A stretch of 63,908 nt of DNA, counting the filler, from an uncultured Synergistales bacterium (GTDB lineage Bacteria; Synergistota; Synergistia; Synergistales; Aminobacteriaceae), in NCBI GenBank assembly GCA_937897575.1. It is 10 parts of 10 records of this genome, joined end to end, with 100 filler letters (N's around TTAATTAATTAA, not from the genome) between each part and the next. Parts side by side here need not be neighbours in the genome. Positions count along the whole stretch, not along the records: positions 13,636 to 20,242 come from CALCQG010000153.1; positions 20,343 to 44,523 come from CALCQG010000155.1; 8 more parts are not named here. One strand, given 5' to 3'. The number at the start of each line of letters is the position of its first letter. Position 1 is the stretch's first letter. The notes beneath the pieces are model-generated. The model was not told the DNA's origin, did no database searches, and was given only the letters and a program-made list of their open reading frames with translations. Of this stretch, positions 19,549 to 28,767 are shown in pieces. Made by a program: the position numbers and the translations under genes.

Positions 19549-20242
19549 AGATCGTCCAGATCCTGCCGGAGTTCCATGAGGGCGGCGTGGAGCGACATGT
19601 TCTGTGGCTCTCCAACGAGCTGGCGGCCATGGGGCACACCGTCGTCGTCGTCTCGGCGGGGGGCAAGCTCGAGCCCCAGCTTCGCGACGCCACCCACCTG
19701 CGGCTGCCCGTCCATAAAAAAAATCTCCTGACGGGGCTCTCCTGCGCCCTGCGCCTCGCACGGTACGCCCGGACAAATCGCGTGGACGTCCTCCACGCCC
19801 ACTCCCGGGTCCCGGCGTGGATCGCCTGGTGGACCGCACGCCTGTCGGGCGTCCCCTTCGTCCTGACGGCCCATGACCCCTACCGGCTCTCCGCCGCACT
19901 TGCCCCCTATCGTCGTGCGTCGGCGGTGATCTGCGTCAGCGGCGCTGTCCGGAGTCATCTGGTCTCGATCTTCCGGGGAGAGAGCCCGGTGATTTTGAAC
20001 GGACTACACCCCTTGACGCACAGGTGGATGCCCTCGGATGCGAGGGGACGTTTCCTCTTCGTCGGGCGGATCACCGAGAGAAAGGGGCTCCAGATAGCCA
20101 TCTCCGCGCTCGCCGACGTCTCCCTGCCATGGACCCTCGACGTGGTGGGGGACGGCCCTCTGAGGGCAAATCTCGAGGAAATGGCCCGGTCCGGCGGCCT
20201 CGGAGACCGCGTGACCGGGCCATTTCCTCGAGATTTGCCCTC
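19545..20242 (+). CDS. Glycosyltransferase family 4, 3' truncated (last 30 nt are a chimeric foldback)
   Basis: MKIVQILPEFHEGGVE, LHAHSRVPAW, LFVGRITERKG, VVGDGP. Confidence 0.9.
20162..20242. repeat. Perfect 30-bp inverted repeat at contig end (probable chimeric artefact)
   Basis: 20213-20242 is the exact reverse complement of 20162-20191. Confidence 0.95.
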
Positions 20243-20342
20243 NNNNNNNNNNNNNNNNNNNNNNNNNNNNNNNNNNNNNNNNNNNNTTAATTAATTAANN
20301 NNNNNNNNNNNNNNNNNNNNNNNNNNNNNNNNNNNNNNNNNN
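20243..20342. other. Artificial contig spacer
   Basis: N44-TTAATTAATTAA-N44. Confidence 0.99.
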
Positions 20343-21437
20343 GCCACGGATACGAAGCGGACCCTGAGGGCGCTGAGACGACAGCGGGACGATCTGCTCC
20401 TCCGGCACCCGGCGTGGCGGGAGACCATGCCGTCCCGGGAGGCGTTGGACGAAGCTCTGGCCGCGGGACGAAAGAGGGTCGCTGCACTCACCGCCGAGCA
20501 TTCGCGGGCGACGGGGGAGGCGAACCGGAGGGCCGAGGAGGCTCGTTCAACCCTCGCCCTTCACGAACGGGACATACGGAATCAGCGGGAGAAACGGGAT
20601 ACGACGGCCACTCGATTGAAGGAGTACGAGAGGGACGGCCTCTCCATGGCGGAGCGACGCTCGGCCATGGACGCACTTGCGCTCCGATGGGACGGGGCAA
20701 GGGCGAAGGTGACGGTCATCGACGAGGGGCTGAAGGCCTTCGCGGACGACCCGCTGAAGGCGCTGGACGCTCTCCGCGCCGACGAGGAGCGGGCCATCGG
20801 GGAGAAGGCCGAGTCGGAGCGGGAACTCATCGCGGCGGAGGCTCGCCTCGATGTCCTGGCGGCCAAAGCCCCCTTTTCGACCATGACGCGCCTCGAGGAG
20901 GAGGTCGAAGAGCTCGCCCGCGCCGTGGAGCGCGAGACGCGGGCCGCCGAGGCCGTCCGGCTTCTCAGGGAGACCTTCCGGCAGTGCCGCGACGAGATGA
21001 AGGACGCCCTGTCGGCCCCCGTTGAGGCCAGGACGGCAGAGCTCCTCGTCCGGATGGCCTCCCGGTCGTCCGGGACCTATCCCGTCGGCGACGGCCTGAC
21101 GCCCCAGTTCTTCCGCCCCATGGGGTGGGACCGGGACGTGCTGCTGGACAACCTCTCGGGCGGAGAGCGGGAGCAGCTCCACCTCGCGAGCCGCCTCGCC
21201 CTGGCCGATACCCTGGCCGCCGGAGAGCGCCAGCTCGTGGTGCTCGACGACGTCCTCCTGGCGACGGACGAGGAACGGTTTCGGGCCGTTCTGGAGGTGC
21301 TCCGGTCCATGGACCGCCTTCAGATCCTCATCCTCACCTGTCACCCGTCGCGGTTCTCCGTCCTCGGCGACGCCGTCCGGTTCGACCTCGCGGCCCTGCT
21401 CGAGAACGCCTCTCATGCCCGAGAGGGGCGTGGTTGA
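20343..21437 (+). CDS. YhaN/SbcC-like coiled-coil ABC-type ATPase, C-terminal part
   Basis: Long coiled coil, LSGGEREQL signature, LVVLDD Walker B, ILTCH. Confidence 0.85.
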   Translation, partial: ATDTKRTLRALRRQRDDLLLRHPAWRETMPSREALDEALAAGRKRVAALTAEHSRATGEANRRAEEARSTLALHERDIRNQREKRDTTATRLKEYERDGLSMAERRSAMDALALRWDGARAKVTVIDEGLKAFADDPLKALDALRADEERAIGEKAESERELIAAEARLDVLAAKAPFSTMTRLEEEVEELARAVERETRAAEAVRLLRETFRQCRDEMKDALSAPVEARTAELLVRMASRSSGTYPVGDGLTPQFFRPMGWDRDVLLDNLSGGEREQLHLASRLALADTLAAGERQLVVLDDVLLATDEERFRAVLEVLRSMDRLQILILTCHPSRFSVLGDAVRFDLAALLENASHAREGRG

Positions 21438-21772
21438 CCGTGAAGATAGGCGTCTTCCGCAAGGCTGTGGAACGGGTCCTGAGGACGGTGCCCCCGGACC
21501 TGCTCGGAAATCTGAACGGCGGCTTCGTGGTCCTTCCCGAGGAGAAACCCGACGGAGAGTATGTGATCATGGGGGAGTACATCGAGGACCCTGCCCTGGG
21601 GAACATGGTCGTCCTCTACTACGGCAGCTTCGTCGATCAGCTCGGGGAGGCGCCGGAGGAGGAGTGGGTCGAGGAGATCGAGGAGACGGTGTTCCACGAG
21701 CTGCGGCACCATGTGGAGCTGATGGCGGGCGTGGACGACCTCTCCGAGGAGGAGCGGGCGGAGCTCCCATAG
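21434..21772 (+). CDS. Minimal zincin-like metallopeptidase family protein
   Basis: LYYGSF, TVFHELRHH (HExxH); TTG or GTG start overlapping the upstream stop. Confidence 0.8.
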   Translation: MTVKIGVFRKAVERVLRTVPPDLLGNLNGGFVVLPEEKPDGEYVIMGEYIEDPALGNMVVLYYGSFVDQLGEAPEEEWVEEIEETVFHELRHHVELMAGVDDLSEEERAELP

Positions 21773-21836
21773 ACTCGCGGATGAAAACCGTGCCCGGCGC
21801 GACGCCGCCGGGCGAAAGGAAGAGAGGTGCAGAGGG

Positions 21837-22964
21837 ATGGATGTTGCACGTGGAACACCCCTTCGCGATCTGGACACGCCGGTGATGCTCATCGACCTGG
21901 ACGTGATGGAGCGCAACATGAGGGGCATGCAGGAGAAGGCCGACGCCGCGGGGGTGAAGCTGCGCCCCCACACCAAGACCCACAGGACGCCGGCCATCGC
22001 GAAGCTTCAGGAGGCGGCTGGAGCCGCCGGCATCACCGTGGCGAAGCTCGGCGAGGCGGAGGTTATGGCCGACGCGGGATTGAAGGATATCTTCATCGCC
22101 AATGAGATCGTGGGCGCCGTGAAGTTGGAGCGGCTGAGACGCCTCGTCCGCAGAGTTCCGCGTCTGGCCGTTGGTGCCGACAACCCGGTGCACGCCCGGA
22201 TGCTCTCGTCGGTCATGGCCGGGGAGCCCAAGCCCATCGACGTCCTCGTGGACGTGAACACCGGCGATCCCAGGACGGGGATGGCCCCCGGAAAGCCCAC
22301 CGTCGAGCTGGCGAAGCTCATAGCGTCCCTGCCGGGGCTTCGCCTTCGCGGAATCTACACCCACGACGGGCAGAGCTACGACGCGGCCACGGCCGACGAG
22401 GTCCGGGCCGTGAACAGGGAGAGCCAGCGGCTCATGGTGGAGACGGCCGAGCTCATGCGCGCCGAGGGGCTCGAGGTGGAGGAGGTCTCCGTGGGGTCGA
22501 CGCCCTCCCTCCTGCTGGACGGCGTGCTGCCGGGCGTGACGGAGATCCGCCCGGGGACCTATATCTTCATGGACGCCGATCAGGCTCAGGTGGTCGGGAC
22601 CTACGAGCACTGCGCCCAGACGGTGCTCGCCACGGTGATCAGTCGCCCCACGCCGGAGCGGGTCGTGCTCGACGCCGGAACGAAAGCTCTGACCTACTAC
22701 GTCCAGACCGACGGCATCACCAGGGCGCCCGGGCACGGCCGACTGAAGGCCCACCCCGAGATCTTCCTGGACAAGAAGTCCGACGAACACTCCTCCTTCG
22801 ACATTCCGGGAGGATCGGGGCTCGCCTTCGAGATAGGCGACTTGGTGGAGATCATCCCGAACCACGCCTGCCCCACGACGAACCTCTACGACGTGCTCTA
22901 CGCCGTCCGGGACGGCCGGGTGGAGACGGTATGGCCGGTGCTGTGCCGGGGGAAATCCCAGTAG
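21837..22964 (+). CDS. PLP-dependent D-threonine aldolase/D-serine dehydratase family enzyme (alanine racemase fold)
   Basis: DTP...NM, LRPHTKTH (PLP Lys), GSTP, EIRPGTYIFMD, DAGTK, SDEH, PNHAC. Confidence 0.9.
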   Translation: MDVARGTPLRDLDTPVMLIDLDVMERNMRGMQEKADAAGVKLRPHTKTHRTPAIAKLQEAAGAAGITVAKLGEAEVMADAGLKDIFIANEIVGAVKLERLRRLVRRVPRLAVGADNPVHARMLSSVMAGEPKPIDVLVDVNTGDPRTGMAPGKPTVELAKLIASLPGLRLRGIYTHDGQSYDAATADEVRAVNRESQRLMVETAELMRAEGLEVEEVSVGSTPSLLLDGVLPGVTEIRPGTYIFMDADQAQVVGTYEHCAQTVLATVISRPTPERVVLDAGTKALTYYVQTDGITRAPGHGRLKAHPEIFLDKKSDEHSSFDIPGGSGLAFEIGDLVEIIPNHACPTTNLYDVLYAVRDGRVETVWPVLCRGKSQ

Positions 22965-23073
22965 ACGATCGCCCTCGGGCGGGGGTACGAAATCGTGGGA
23001 TCCCTCTGTACTTGAGTGCCTTATTTCTGGTATTATGCATCTCGCACTGCATTCGAAGGACGGAGGTGTTTTC

Positions 23074-24048
23074 ATGAAAAGGACGGCAACAGCTCTTCTT
23101 GCGGCGATTCTCCTTGTTTTCTGCATCGGTGCGGCGTCGGCCGAGACGGTGATCAAGATCGGGCACGTGCTCAATCCCGACCACTCGTGGAACGTGTGTC
23201 TCGTCGGATTCGCGGAGGAAGTGAAGGCGGCGACGAACGGACGCGTGGTGTTTCAGATCTACCCCAGCAGCCAGCTGGGCAACGAGAAGGACCTGATCGA
23301 GGGGCTCTCGCTCCAGACCATAGACGGAGGCCTCATCGGCGGCGGATCCTTCCAGTCCATCGAGCCCAAGCTCGGCGTGGAGGCCCTTCCTTATGCCTGG
23401 CCGACTCATGAGTCGGTCTATGCCGCCCTCGACGGGGAGCTCGGCGCCTATCTGCTCGATCTCCTCTCGAAAAAGGGCGTGGTGGGCATCTCCTGGTGGG
23501 AGAACGGCTACCGGCACCTGACGAACAACAAGCACCCCGTGGTGAAGCCAGAGGACATGGCCGGGCTCAAGATCCGGGTCACCCCGGACAAGATGCGCCT
23601 CGACACCTTCAAGGCCCTCGGCGCCTCGCCCATGCCCATCAACTTCGGCGAACTCTACTCCGCAATGCAGCAGGGCGTGGTGGACGGCCAGGAGAACCCC
23701 TTCTCCATCATCTTCTCGAACTCCTTCTTCGAGGTTCAGAAGTACCTCTCGGTGACGGGGCACATCTGGGGATCGGCGCTGCTCTGCGTCAACAGCTCCG
23801 TCTGGGGCAAGATCTCCGACGAGGACAAGGCTGTGGTCGCGACGGTGGCGGCGAAGTGGCGCGACGAGCAGCGCAAGCAGACTATTGCGCAGGAAGTGGA
23901 GTTCCTTCAGAAGCTGAAGGACAAGGGGATGGAGGTCGTGGAGGTGGACAAGGCCGCCTTCCAGCAGGCCGTCCAGGGCGTATGGGCGGACTACGAGAAC
24001 GTGTTCGGCAAGGAACTGATGGACCTGGTGCGGAAGTACGGCAAATAA
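23074..24048 (+). CDS. dctP: TRAP transporter substrate-binding protein (DctP family)
   Basis: Signal peptide, YPSSQLG, ENGYRH, GLKIR, ELYSAMQQGVVDGQENP. Confidence 0.93.
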   Translation: MKRTATALLAAILLVFCIGAASAETVIKIGHVLNPDHSWNVCLVGFAEEVKAATNGRVVFQIYPSSQLGNEKDLIEGLSLQTIDGGLIGGGSFQSIEPKLGVEALPYAWPTHESVYAALDGELGAYLLDLLSKKGVVGISWWENGYRHLTNNKHPVVKPEDMAGLKIRVTPDKMRLDTFKALGASPMPINFGELYSAMQQGVVDGQENPFSIIFSNSFFEVQKYLSVTGHIWGSALLCVNSSVWGKISDEDKAVVATVAAKWRDEQRKQTIAQEVEFLQKLKDKGMEVVEVDKAAFQQAVQGVWADYENVFGKELMDLVRKYGK

Positions 24049-24049
24049 C

Positions 24050-24538
24050 ATGGACGAAGAAAAAAAGAGCCTTGTGGAGAGGCTCTTCCGGGGACTCGAC
24101 AAATTCCTGATCCTCGGGGTGATCATCACCTTCGTCGAGGTGCTTCTGGAGGTGGGGTTCCGCTACGTCCTGAACAAGCCTCTGACCTGGGGCGGCGAGC
24201 TCTCCCAGACCGTCCTCGTGTGGCTCACCTTCGTCGGGGCGGCGTCGGTGCTGCTCCAGGGCGGGCATATAGCCATCGATATGCTGGTTCCACTGATCCC
24301 CTCCGACAAGGCGAAGCGACTGCTTCGCCTTGTCGGGAGCCTTGCCATTCTGATCTTCGTGACCGTCGGGTTCTGGGCGGGGTGGCAGGTGGTGGCCCGT
24401 ACCTGGTCCATGCGCACCACGGCCATGCAGATCCCGTCGGGGATACTGTACCTCGCGTTCCCCGTGGGATGCCTGCTCACCATCCCGGTGGCCCTCCGGG
24501 ACATCTACCGGGCCGTGAAGGGAGCTGAATCACGATGA
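24050..24538 (+). CDS. dctQ: TRAP transporter small permease
   Basis: 4 TM, RYVLN..LTWGGEL, HIAID. Confidence 0.9.
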   Translation: MDEEKKSLVERLFRGLDKFLILGVIITFVEVLLEVGFRYVLNKPLTWGGELSQTVLVWLTFVGAASVLLQGGHIAIDMLVPLIPSDKAKRLLRLVGSLAILIFVTVGFWAGWQVVARTWSMRTTAMQIPSGILYLAFPVGCLLTIPVALRDIYRAVKGAESR

Positions 24539-25821
24539 CGACCCTTCTCGGAGTGCTCTTCGGAGGGATCTTCATGGGGATTCCGGTGGGGTACTCCGTG
24601 GCCATCTCCGGCATGGCCTACCTCTTTTTCGAGTCCACGGTCCCCCTCCTCGTGGTTGCCCAACGGATGGTGGTGGGGGTGGACTCCTTCACCCTTCTGG
24701 CCATCCCGCTCTTCGTGCTCGCCGGGGCGCTCATGGCGGAGGGGGATATCACGCCCCGCCTCATGAAGTTCGCCTCGACCATGGTGGGGCATATCCCCGG
24801 CGGGCTCGCCATGGTCATGGTGGTCTCCTGCATGCTCTTCGGCGCCATCTCGGGGTCGGGTGTGGCCAACGTGGTGGCCATCGGCTCCATCCTGCTGCCT
24901 TCCATGAAGGAACAGGGGTACGAGGCGCCTTTCAGCGCCGCCCTTCTCGGCTGCGGAGGTTCATTGGGGACGGTCATCCCGCCCAGCATCACCTTGGTCA
25001 TCATCGGCGTCAGCATGGGGGCCTCCATAGGGAAGCTGTTCATCGGCGGATTCATCCCCGGCATCATCGCGGGCGTCGGCCTCATGACGGTGTCCTACTT
25101 CGTGGCGCTGAAGCGGAACTACCCCCGGCTCGAACGGGCATCCTGGGGCGAGAAGTGGTCGGCGCTGAAACAGGCCTTCTTTCCTCTGATGACGCCAGTC
25201 ATCATCATCGGCGGCATTCTCGGCGGCGTCTTCACCGCCACGGAGGCCGGGGCGGTGGCGTCGCTGTACGCCCTGATCCTCTCGAAGTACGTGTACAAAA
25301 AGCTCTCGTGGCGCCGTTTCTTCGACGTCTGTCTCGACACGGCCCGGACGAGCGCCACGGTGCTCTTCCTCATAGGGTCGGCGGCCCTTTTCGGATGGAT
25401 CCTCTCCGCCGAGGACATCCCGCAGAAGGTGGCCACGGCCATGTTCTCCGTGTCGACGAACTACTGGGTCCTTCTCATCCTGTTCAATATTCTGCTCCTC
25501 ATCCTCGGGATGTTCATGGAGACCATCGCCATCGTGCTCATCATCATGCCCATCTTCGCTCCCGTCATGCAGCAGATGGGCATGGACCCCATCCACCTGG
25601 GCGTCATGGTCTGCGTCAACCTCGCCATCGGCGCGAACACGCCGCCCCTCGGGGTGGACCTCATGGCGGCGTGCAAGCTGGCCGACATCCCCTACAGCTC
25701 GTCCTTCCGACCACTGATGCCGCTGCTCGGAGCCATGATCTTCGCTCTGGCGCTCATCACTTTCTTTCCGCCCCTCGTCACGTTTTTGCCGAACCTCATC
25801 ATGGGAGGGTCGGGCGGCTGA
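24535..25821 (+). CDS. dctM: TRAP transporter large permease
   Basis: LAIPLFVLAG, GAISGS, IPPS, TATEA, TPPLG. Confidence 0.93.
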   Translation: MTTLLGVLFGGIFMGIPVGYSVAISGMAYLFFESTVPLLVVAQRMVVGVDSFTLLAIPLFVLAGALMAEGDITPRLMKFASTMVGHIPGGLAMVMVVSCMLFGAISGSGVANVVAIGSILLPSMKEQGYEAPFSAALLGCGGSLGTVIPPSITLVIIGVSMGASIGKLFIGGFIPGIIAGVGLMTVSYFVALKRNYPRLERASWGEKWSALKQAFFPLMTPVIIIGGILGGVFTATEAGAVASLYALILSKYVYKKLSWRRFFDVCLDTARTSATVLFLIGSAALFGWILSAEDIPQKVATAMFSVSTNYWVLLILFNILLLILGMFMETIAIVLIIMPIFAPVMQQMGMDPIHLGVMVCVNLAIGANTPPLGVDLMAACKLADIPYSSSFRPLMPLLGAMIFALALITFFPPLVTFLPNLIMGGSGG

Positions 25822-25861
25822 TCGAGCGAAGGAACACAGGAAGACCAGAAGACAAGAAGAC

Positions 25862-25899
25862 AAGAGGAGCCTGCCCTTCTTTGGGCAGGCTCCTCTTTT
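25862..25899. terminator. Probable bidirectional terminator
   Basis: AAGAGGAGCCTGCCC-TTCTTT-GGGCAGGCTCCTCTT-TT between convergent genes. Confidence 0.85.
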
Positions 25900-25917
25900 G
25901 CAATCCATACTGCGGGA

Positions 25918-27036
25918 TTACTGTGACAGAGGCGTGATGGGCTTGAAGATGCAGGTCTTGGTCATGTCCCTGATGAGCTCGAAGCCCTCGAGGGCGGCCA
26001 TGGGGTCGATCTGCTCCAACTGGGCGAAGTTCAGTCCCTCCCACTGCTGCCTGAAAACGCGCACGCTGTAGAGGTAGTCGTCCGTCGTCTTGCCCGTGGC
26101 CTCCTGGGTTCGCTGGGAGAAGGCCGACAGCACGACCTCTCTGGCCGAGGGCAGCGTGCGGAAGGTCTCGCCGAGGAGGAGGAAGCCCACGCCGTGGATG
26201 TGCCGTGCGTACTCCCTGCGGAGCTGGGTCTCCGTCTTCGGTTTTTCGACGACCTCGTTCTTCTGTTTCGAATAGGAATAGACGGCGTTCGGCATGTCCT
26301 CGATCTCCGGAAGGTCCACGTCGAGGAAGACCTTCTCGCCGTCCACCTGGAAGGAGACCTCCGTCTCCCGCGGCCAGGCTATCTGGTCGAAGACGGCCTC
26401 GAGAACCTCTTCGGGCTTCTCGTCCACCTGGCCGACGAGGACGTCGAAGGCCCCGGCGCGCTTCGCCTCCTCCTGGTCGAAGCGTGCCCTGCCCTCGTCC
26501 CACTGTGCTTTCGCCGACTGGAGAGCGTTTCGCCGGCTGTAGTACGAGTACCCCTCCCAGACGGCCCAGAGGAGCAGCGTGGCGCCCCAGGTGAAGTAGG
26601 CGCCGACGAGGGCGGCCAGGAGCAGGCCTCCCCGGAGCAGAAGGGGCAGCGGCGAGGGGGGCATGGTCGGCTCGGGCTGGTCGTAGGGGTGCGGTTTGTA
26701 GGCGGGCTGGACGGAGGGAGCCTCGGTCTGCTGGTAGATGTCGATGGCATCCTGAATGACGGCGTTCATTGTCTCTACAGTCTCGGTGGCGTTTTCCGGC
26801 ACGACGGGGGCGCCCTTGCCTCCGGCCTGTTGGCCGGCCGTCTTCCCCCACGGGGTGCTCAGCTTCTTCCGGTAGAAGACGCCCGAGCCCGGGATTCCGA
26901 GGTTTGCGAAGATACCGCCCTTGCCGACGCCGAGGGAGGCCCCCTTCCGGCCCAGGGTGGCGCTCACGCCGCTCTTGCTGAGGTTGATCCGGACGCCGGG
27001 CGCGATCTTGATCGACTTGCGGAATCGAATGCCCAT
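25918..27036 (-). CDS. DUF4236 domain-containing membrane protein
   Basis: MGIRFRKSIKIAPGVRINLSKSG...GIPGSGVFYR N-terminal motif, central TM hairpin. Confidence 0.88.
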   Translation of the reverse strand: MGIRFRKSIKIAPGVRINLSKSGVSATLGRKGASLGVGKGGIFANLGIPGSGVFYRKKLSTPWGKTAGQQAGGKGAPVVPENATETVETMNAVIQDAIDIYQQTEAPSVQPAYKPHPYDQPEPTMPPSPLPLLLRGGLLLAALVGAYFTWGATLLLWAVWEGYSYYSRRNALQSAKAQWDEGRARFDQEEAKRAGAFDVLVGQVDEKPEEVLEAVFDQIAWPRETEVSFQVDGEKVFLDVDLPEIEDMPNAVYSYSKQKNEVVEKPKTETQLRREYARHIHGVGFLLLGETFRTLPSAREVVLSAFSQRTQEATGKTTDDYLYSVRVFRQQWEGLNFAQLEQIDPMAALEGFELIRDMTKTCIFKPITPLSQ

Positions 27037-27230
27037 AGGATTGCCTCCTTCTCCAATGTCCCGGCCCGGGGGTCGGCGCCGGGAGCGATATGCCGCTGAA
27101 TCACTCTATCACAGCGGCTGAAAAGAGACAATCGGCGGCGGGGGTGTCGCTTCGCGGGCGACGTGCTATACTGCGGACATCGGAGAGTGGTATGCTGGGT
27201 ACGAGACAGAATGCAGAAGGAGGGAATACC

Positions 27231-27689
27231 ATGAGAAAAGTTATCGTGGCAATCGACGGAAGCGAGGTCAGCAAGGGCGTCATACGGTATGCGCTTCATT
27301 ACGCTGCCCGGGAGGCCGATGCGGAGCTGCTTTTCTTGCACGTTATTCCCGTATCCGAGGACAGCACGCTGTTCTACGGCGAGGGCGCGGTCTTCGTGCC
27401 GCCGTCGAACGACGCTGTGAAGCGCGAGTTCGAGACCTTCATCGACAAAGAGCTCCGGGCCATGTGCGCCACTCCGGAGAAGATGTCCGTCACCGTGCGT
27501 TCGGGGCGCGTGTCCGACGAAATCGTCCAGTTCGCCATCGAGGAGGACGCCTACATGATCATGATCGGGCACAGGGGCCTCAGCGGGCTGGAGCGGTTCT
27601 TCCTTGGGAGCGTCGCGTCGAAGGTCGTGGCCAATGCGCCGTGCAGCGTCTACGTGTACCGGCCGAAAGAGCTGAGAGAGAAGAAATAG
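27231..27689 (+). CDS. Universal stress protein
   Basis: VIVAIDGS, LHV, IGHRGLSGLERFFLGSVASKV..APCSV; AAGGAGGG SD. Confidence 0.94.
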   Translation: MRKVIVAIDGSEVSKGVIRYALHYAAREADAELLFLHVIPVSEDSTLFYGEGAVFVPPSNDAVKREFETFIDKELRAMCATPEKMSVTVRSGRVSDEIVQFAIEEDAYMIMIGHRGLSGLERFFLGSVASKVVANAPCSVYVYRPKELREKK

Positions 27690-27720
27690 CGCGCTCTTCG
27701 AGCGTCTGGTGTTGCAGGAT

Positions 27721-27760
27721 AGGCCCTTCGGCGCGGTACCTCCGTGCCGGAGGGCTTTTT
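27721..27760 (+). terminator. Terminator after the USP gene
   Basis: AGGCCCTTCGGCGCGG..CCGTGCCGGAGGGCTTTTT. Confidence 0.75.
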
Positions 27761-27930
27761 CTCAGGCCGGGAGCGGCCTTCGCGTTCCCTCCGAACTTTC
27801 GCGCCTTCCTTTCGGAAAAGGGAGGACAGAGAGAGAAGAAAGGGGTACAATAGTCTCGACACCACGCCCCTATGGGTATGAAATTGAAATCGATCACTCC
27901 ATACACTATATACAGGGGGATGATAGGACT

Positions 27931-28221
27931 ATGCAGACGGAGAATACGGTCACGGTGAGCGGGACGCTCCATCTGATCCAGAGCGACGGTTCCGAGGCGG
28001 CCAGAAAGAAGTACCTCCCTCTTTCCGTCCGACAGGAGACGCCGGGGACGGACGGGAGCGTCCGCAAAGACTTTCTGCTTGCGAGAATATATGATCCCCA
28101 GGTTCAGGTTCTGCTGAAGGAGCTTCGGGAGGGCGTCCGCATACGGGTCCGGGGCGATGTTCGATCCTCCCTCGGCAGCGGGGAGATGTACATCAACGTC
28201 CTGAATCTCGAGACGCTCTAG
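27931..28221 (+). CDS. Small SSB/PriB-like OB-fold protein (paralog 1, 96 aa)
   Basis: NTVTVSGTL...DFLLARIY...LREGVRIRVRGDV resembles the SSB OB pattern; homologous to the next ORF. Confidence 0.65.
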   Translation: MQTENTVTVSGTLHLIQSDGSEAARKKYLPLSVRQETPGTDGSVRKDFLLARIYDPQVQVLLKELREGVRIRVRGDVRSSLGSGEMYINVLNLETL

Positions 28222-28304
28222 GACAGAAAAGAGGTCCGCGAGGCTCTTCGCGCCGGAGGACCGGTCACCTTTTCCGGAGTCGGCGCAGGGTGTTCTGTCC
28301 CCAT

Positions 28305-28333
28305 TTGCGAAGAACGGGAAAACGTGTTATCGT
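28305..28333 (+). promoter_or_regulatory. Putative sigma70 promoter for paralog 2
   Basis: TTGCGA-17 nt-(TGn)TATCGT. Confidence 0.5.
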
Positions 28334-28392
28334 TCCTCTACCCCGTCAAGGGGTGAAGCGCATATCATCGTCGATAAGGAGCTGCATTTTTC

Positions 28393-28692
28393 TTGAACTG
28401 CGAAAACACCGTCACGCTGAGCGGCACGCTGCACCTGCCCAAGGGCGACATGGAGGGCAGCAACCAGCACGGGCAGTACCTGAAGTTCTCCGTGAAACAG
28501 TCCATGGTGGGCTACGACGGGATCGAACGGACGAGTTTCCTGCCCGTCCGGGTCTTCGACCCCGCTCTCAAGGAGTGGTTGAAGACCAGGAAGGAAGGGG
28601 ACGCCATCCGACTGACGGGAAGCATCCGCTCCTCGTCGGGCAGCGGCGATATGTTCATCCGCCCCGACAGCCTGGAGGCCCCGTGCGAATAA
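28393..28692 (+). CDS. Small SSB/PriB-like OB-fold protein (paralog 2, 99 aa)
   Basis: NTVTLSGTL...SFLPVRVF...KEGDAIRLTGSI; TTG start, AAGGAG SD. Confidence 0.65.
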   Translation: MNCENTVTLSGTLHLPKGDMEGSNQHGQYLKFSVKQSMVGYDGIERTSFLPVRVFDPALKEWLKTRKEGDAIRLTGSIRSSSGSGDMFIRPDSLEAPCE

Positions 28693-28714
28693 CCGCCCAT
28701 CCGACAGATATGAC

Positions 28715-28748
28715 GGCAGCCCCTCCTGCGGGAGGGCCTGCCTCTTTT
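28715..28748 (+). terminator. Terminator after the OB-fold pair
   Basis: GGCAG-C-CCCTCC-TGCG-GGAGGG-C-CTGCC-TCTTTT. Confidence 0.7.
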
Positions 28749-28767
28749 ATGCCGTCTGCGATCCGCC

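Noticed and set aside
20343..21437. SMC-like ATPase as an anti-phage (Wadjet/Lamassu) component
   Set aside because: Only the C-terminal part is visible, it fits the YhaN/SbcC-like repair family, and no partner genes are seen
25840..25863. Three imperfect GAAGAC(C/A)A tandem units
   Set aside because: Too short, no spacers, intergenic low-complexity sequence
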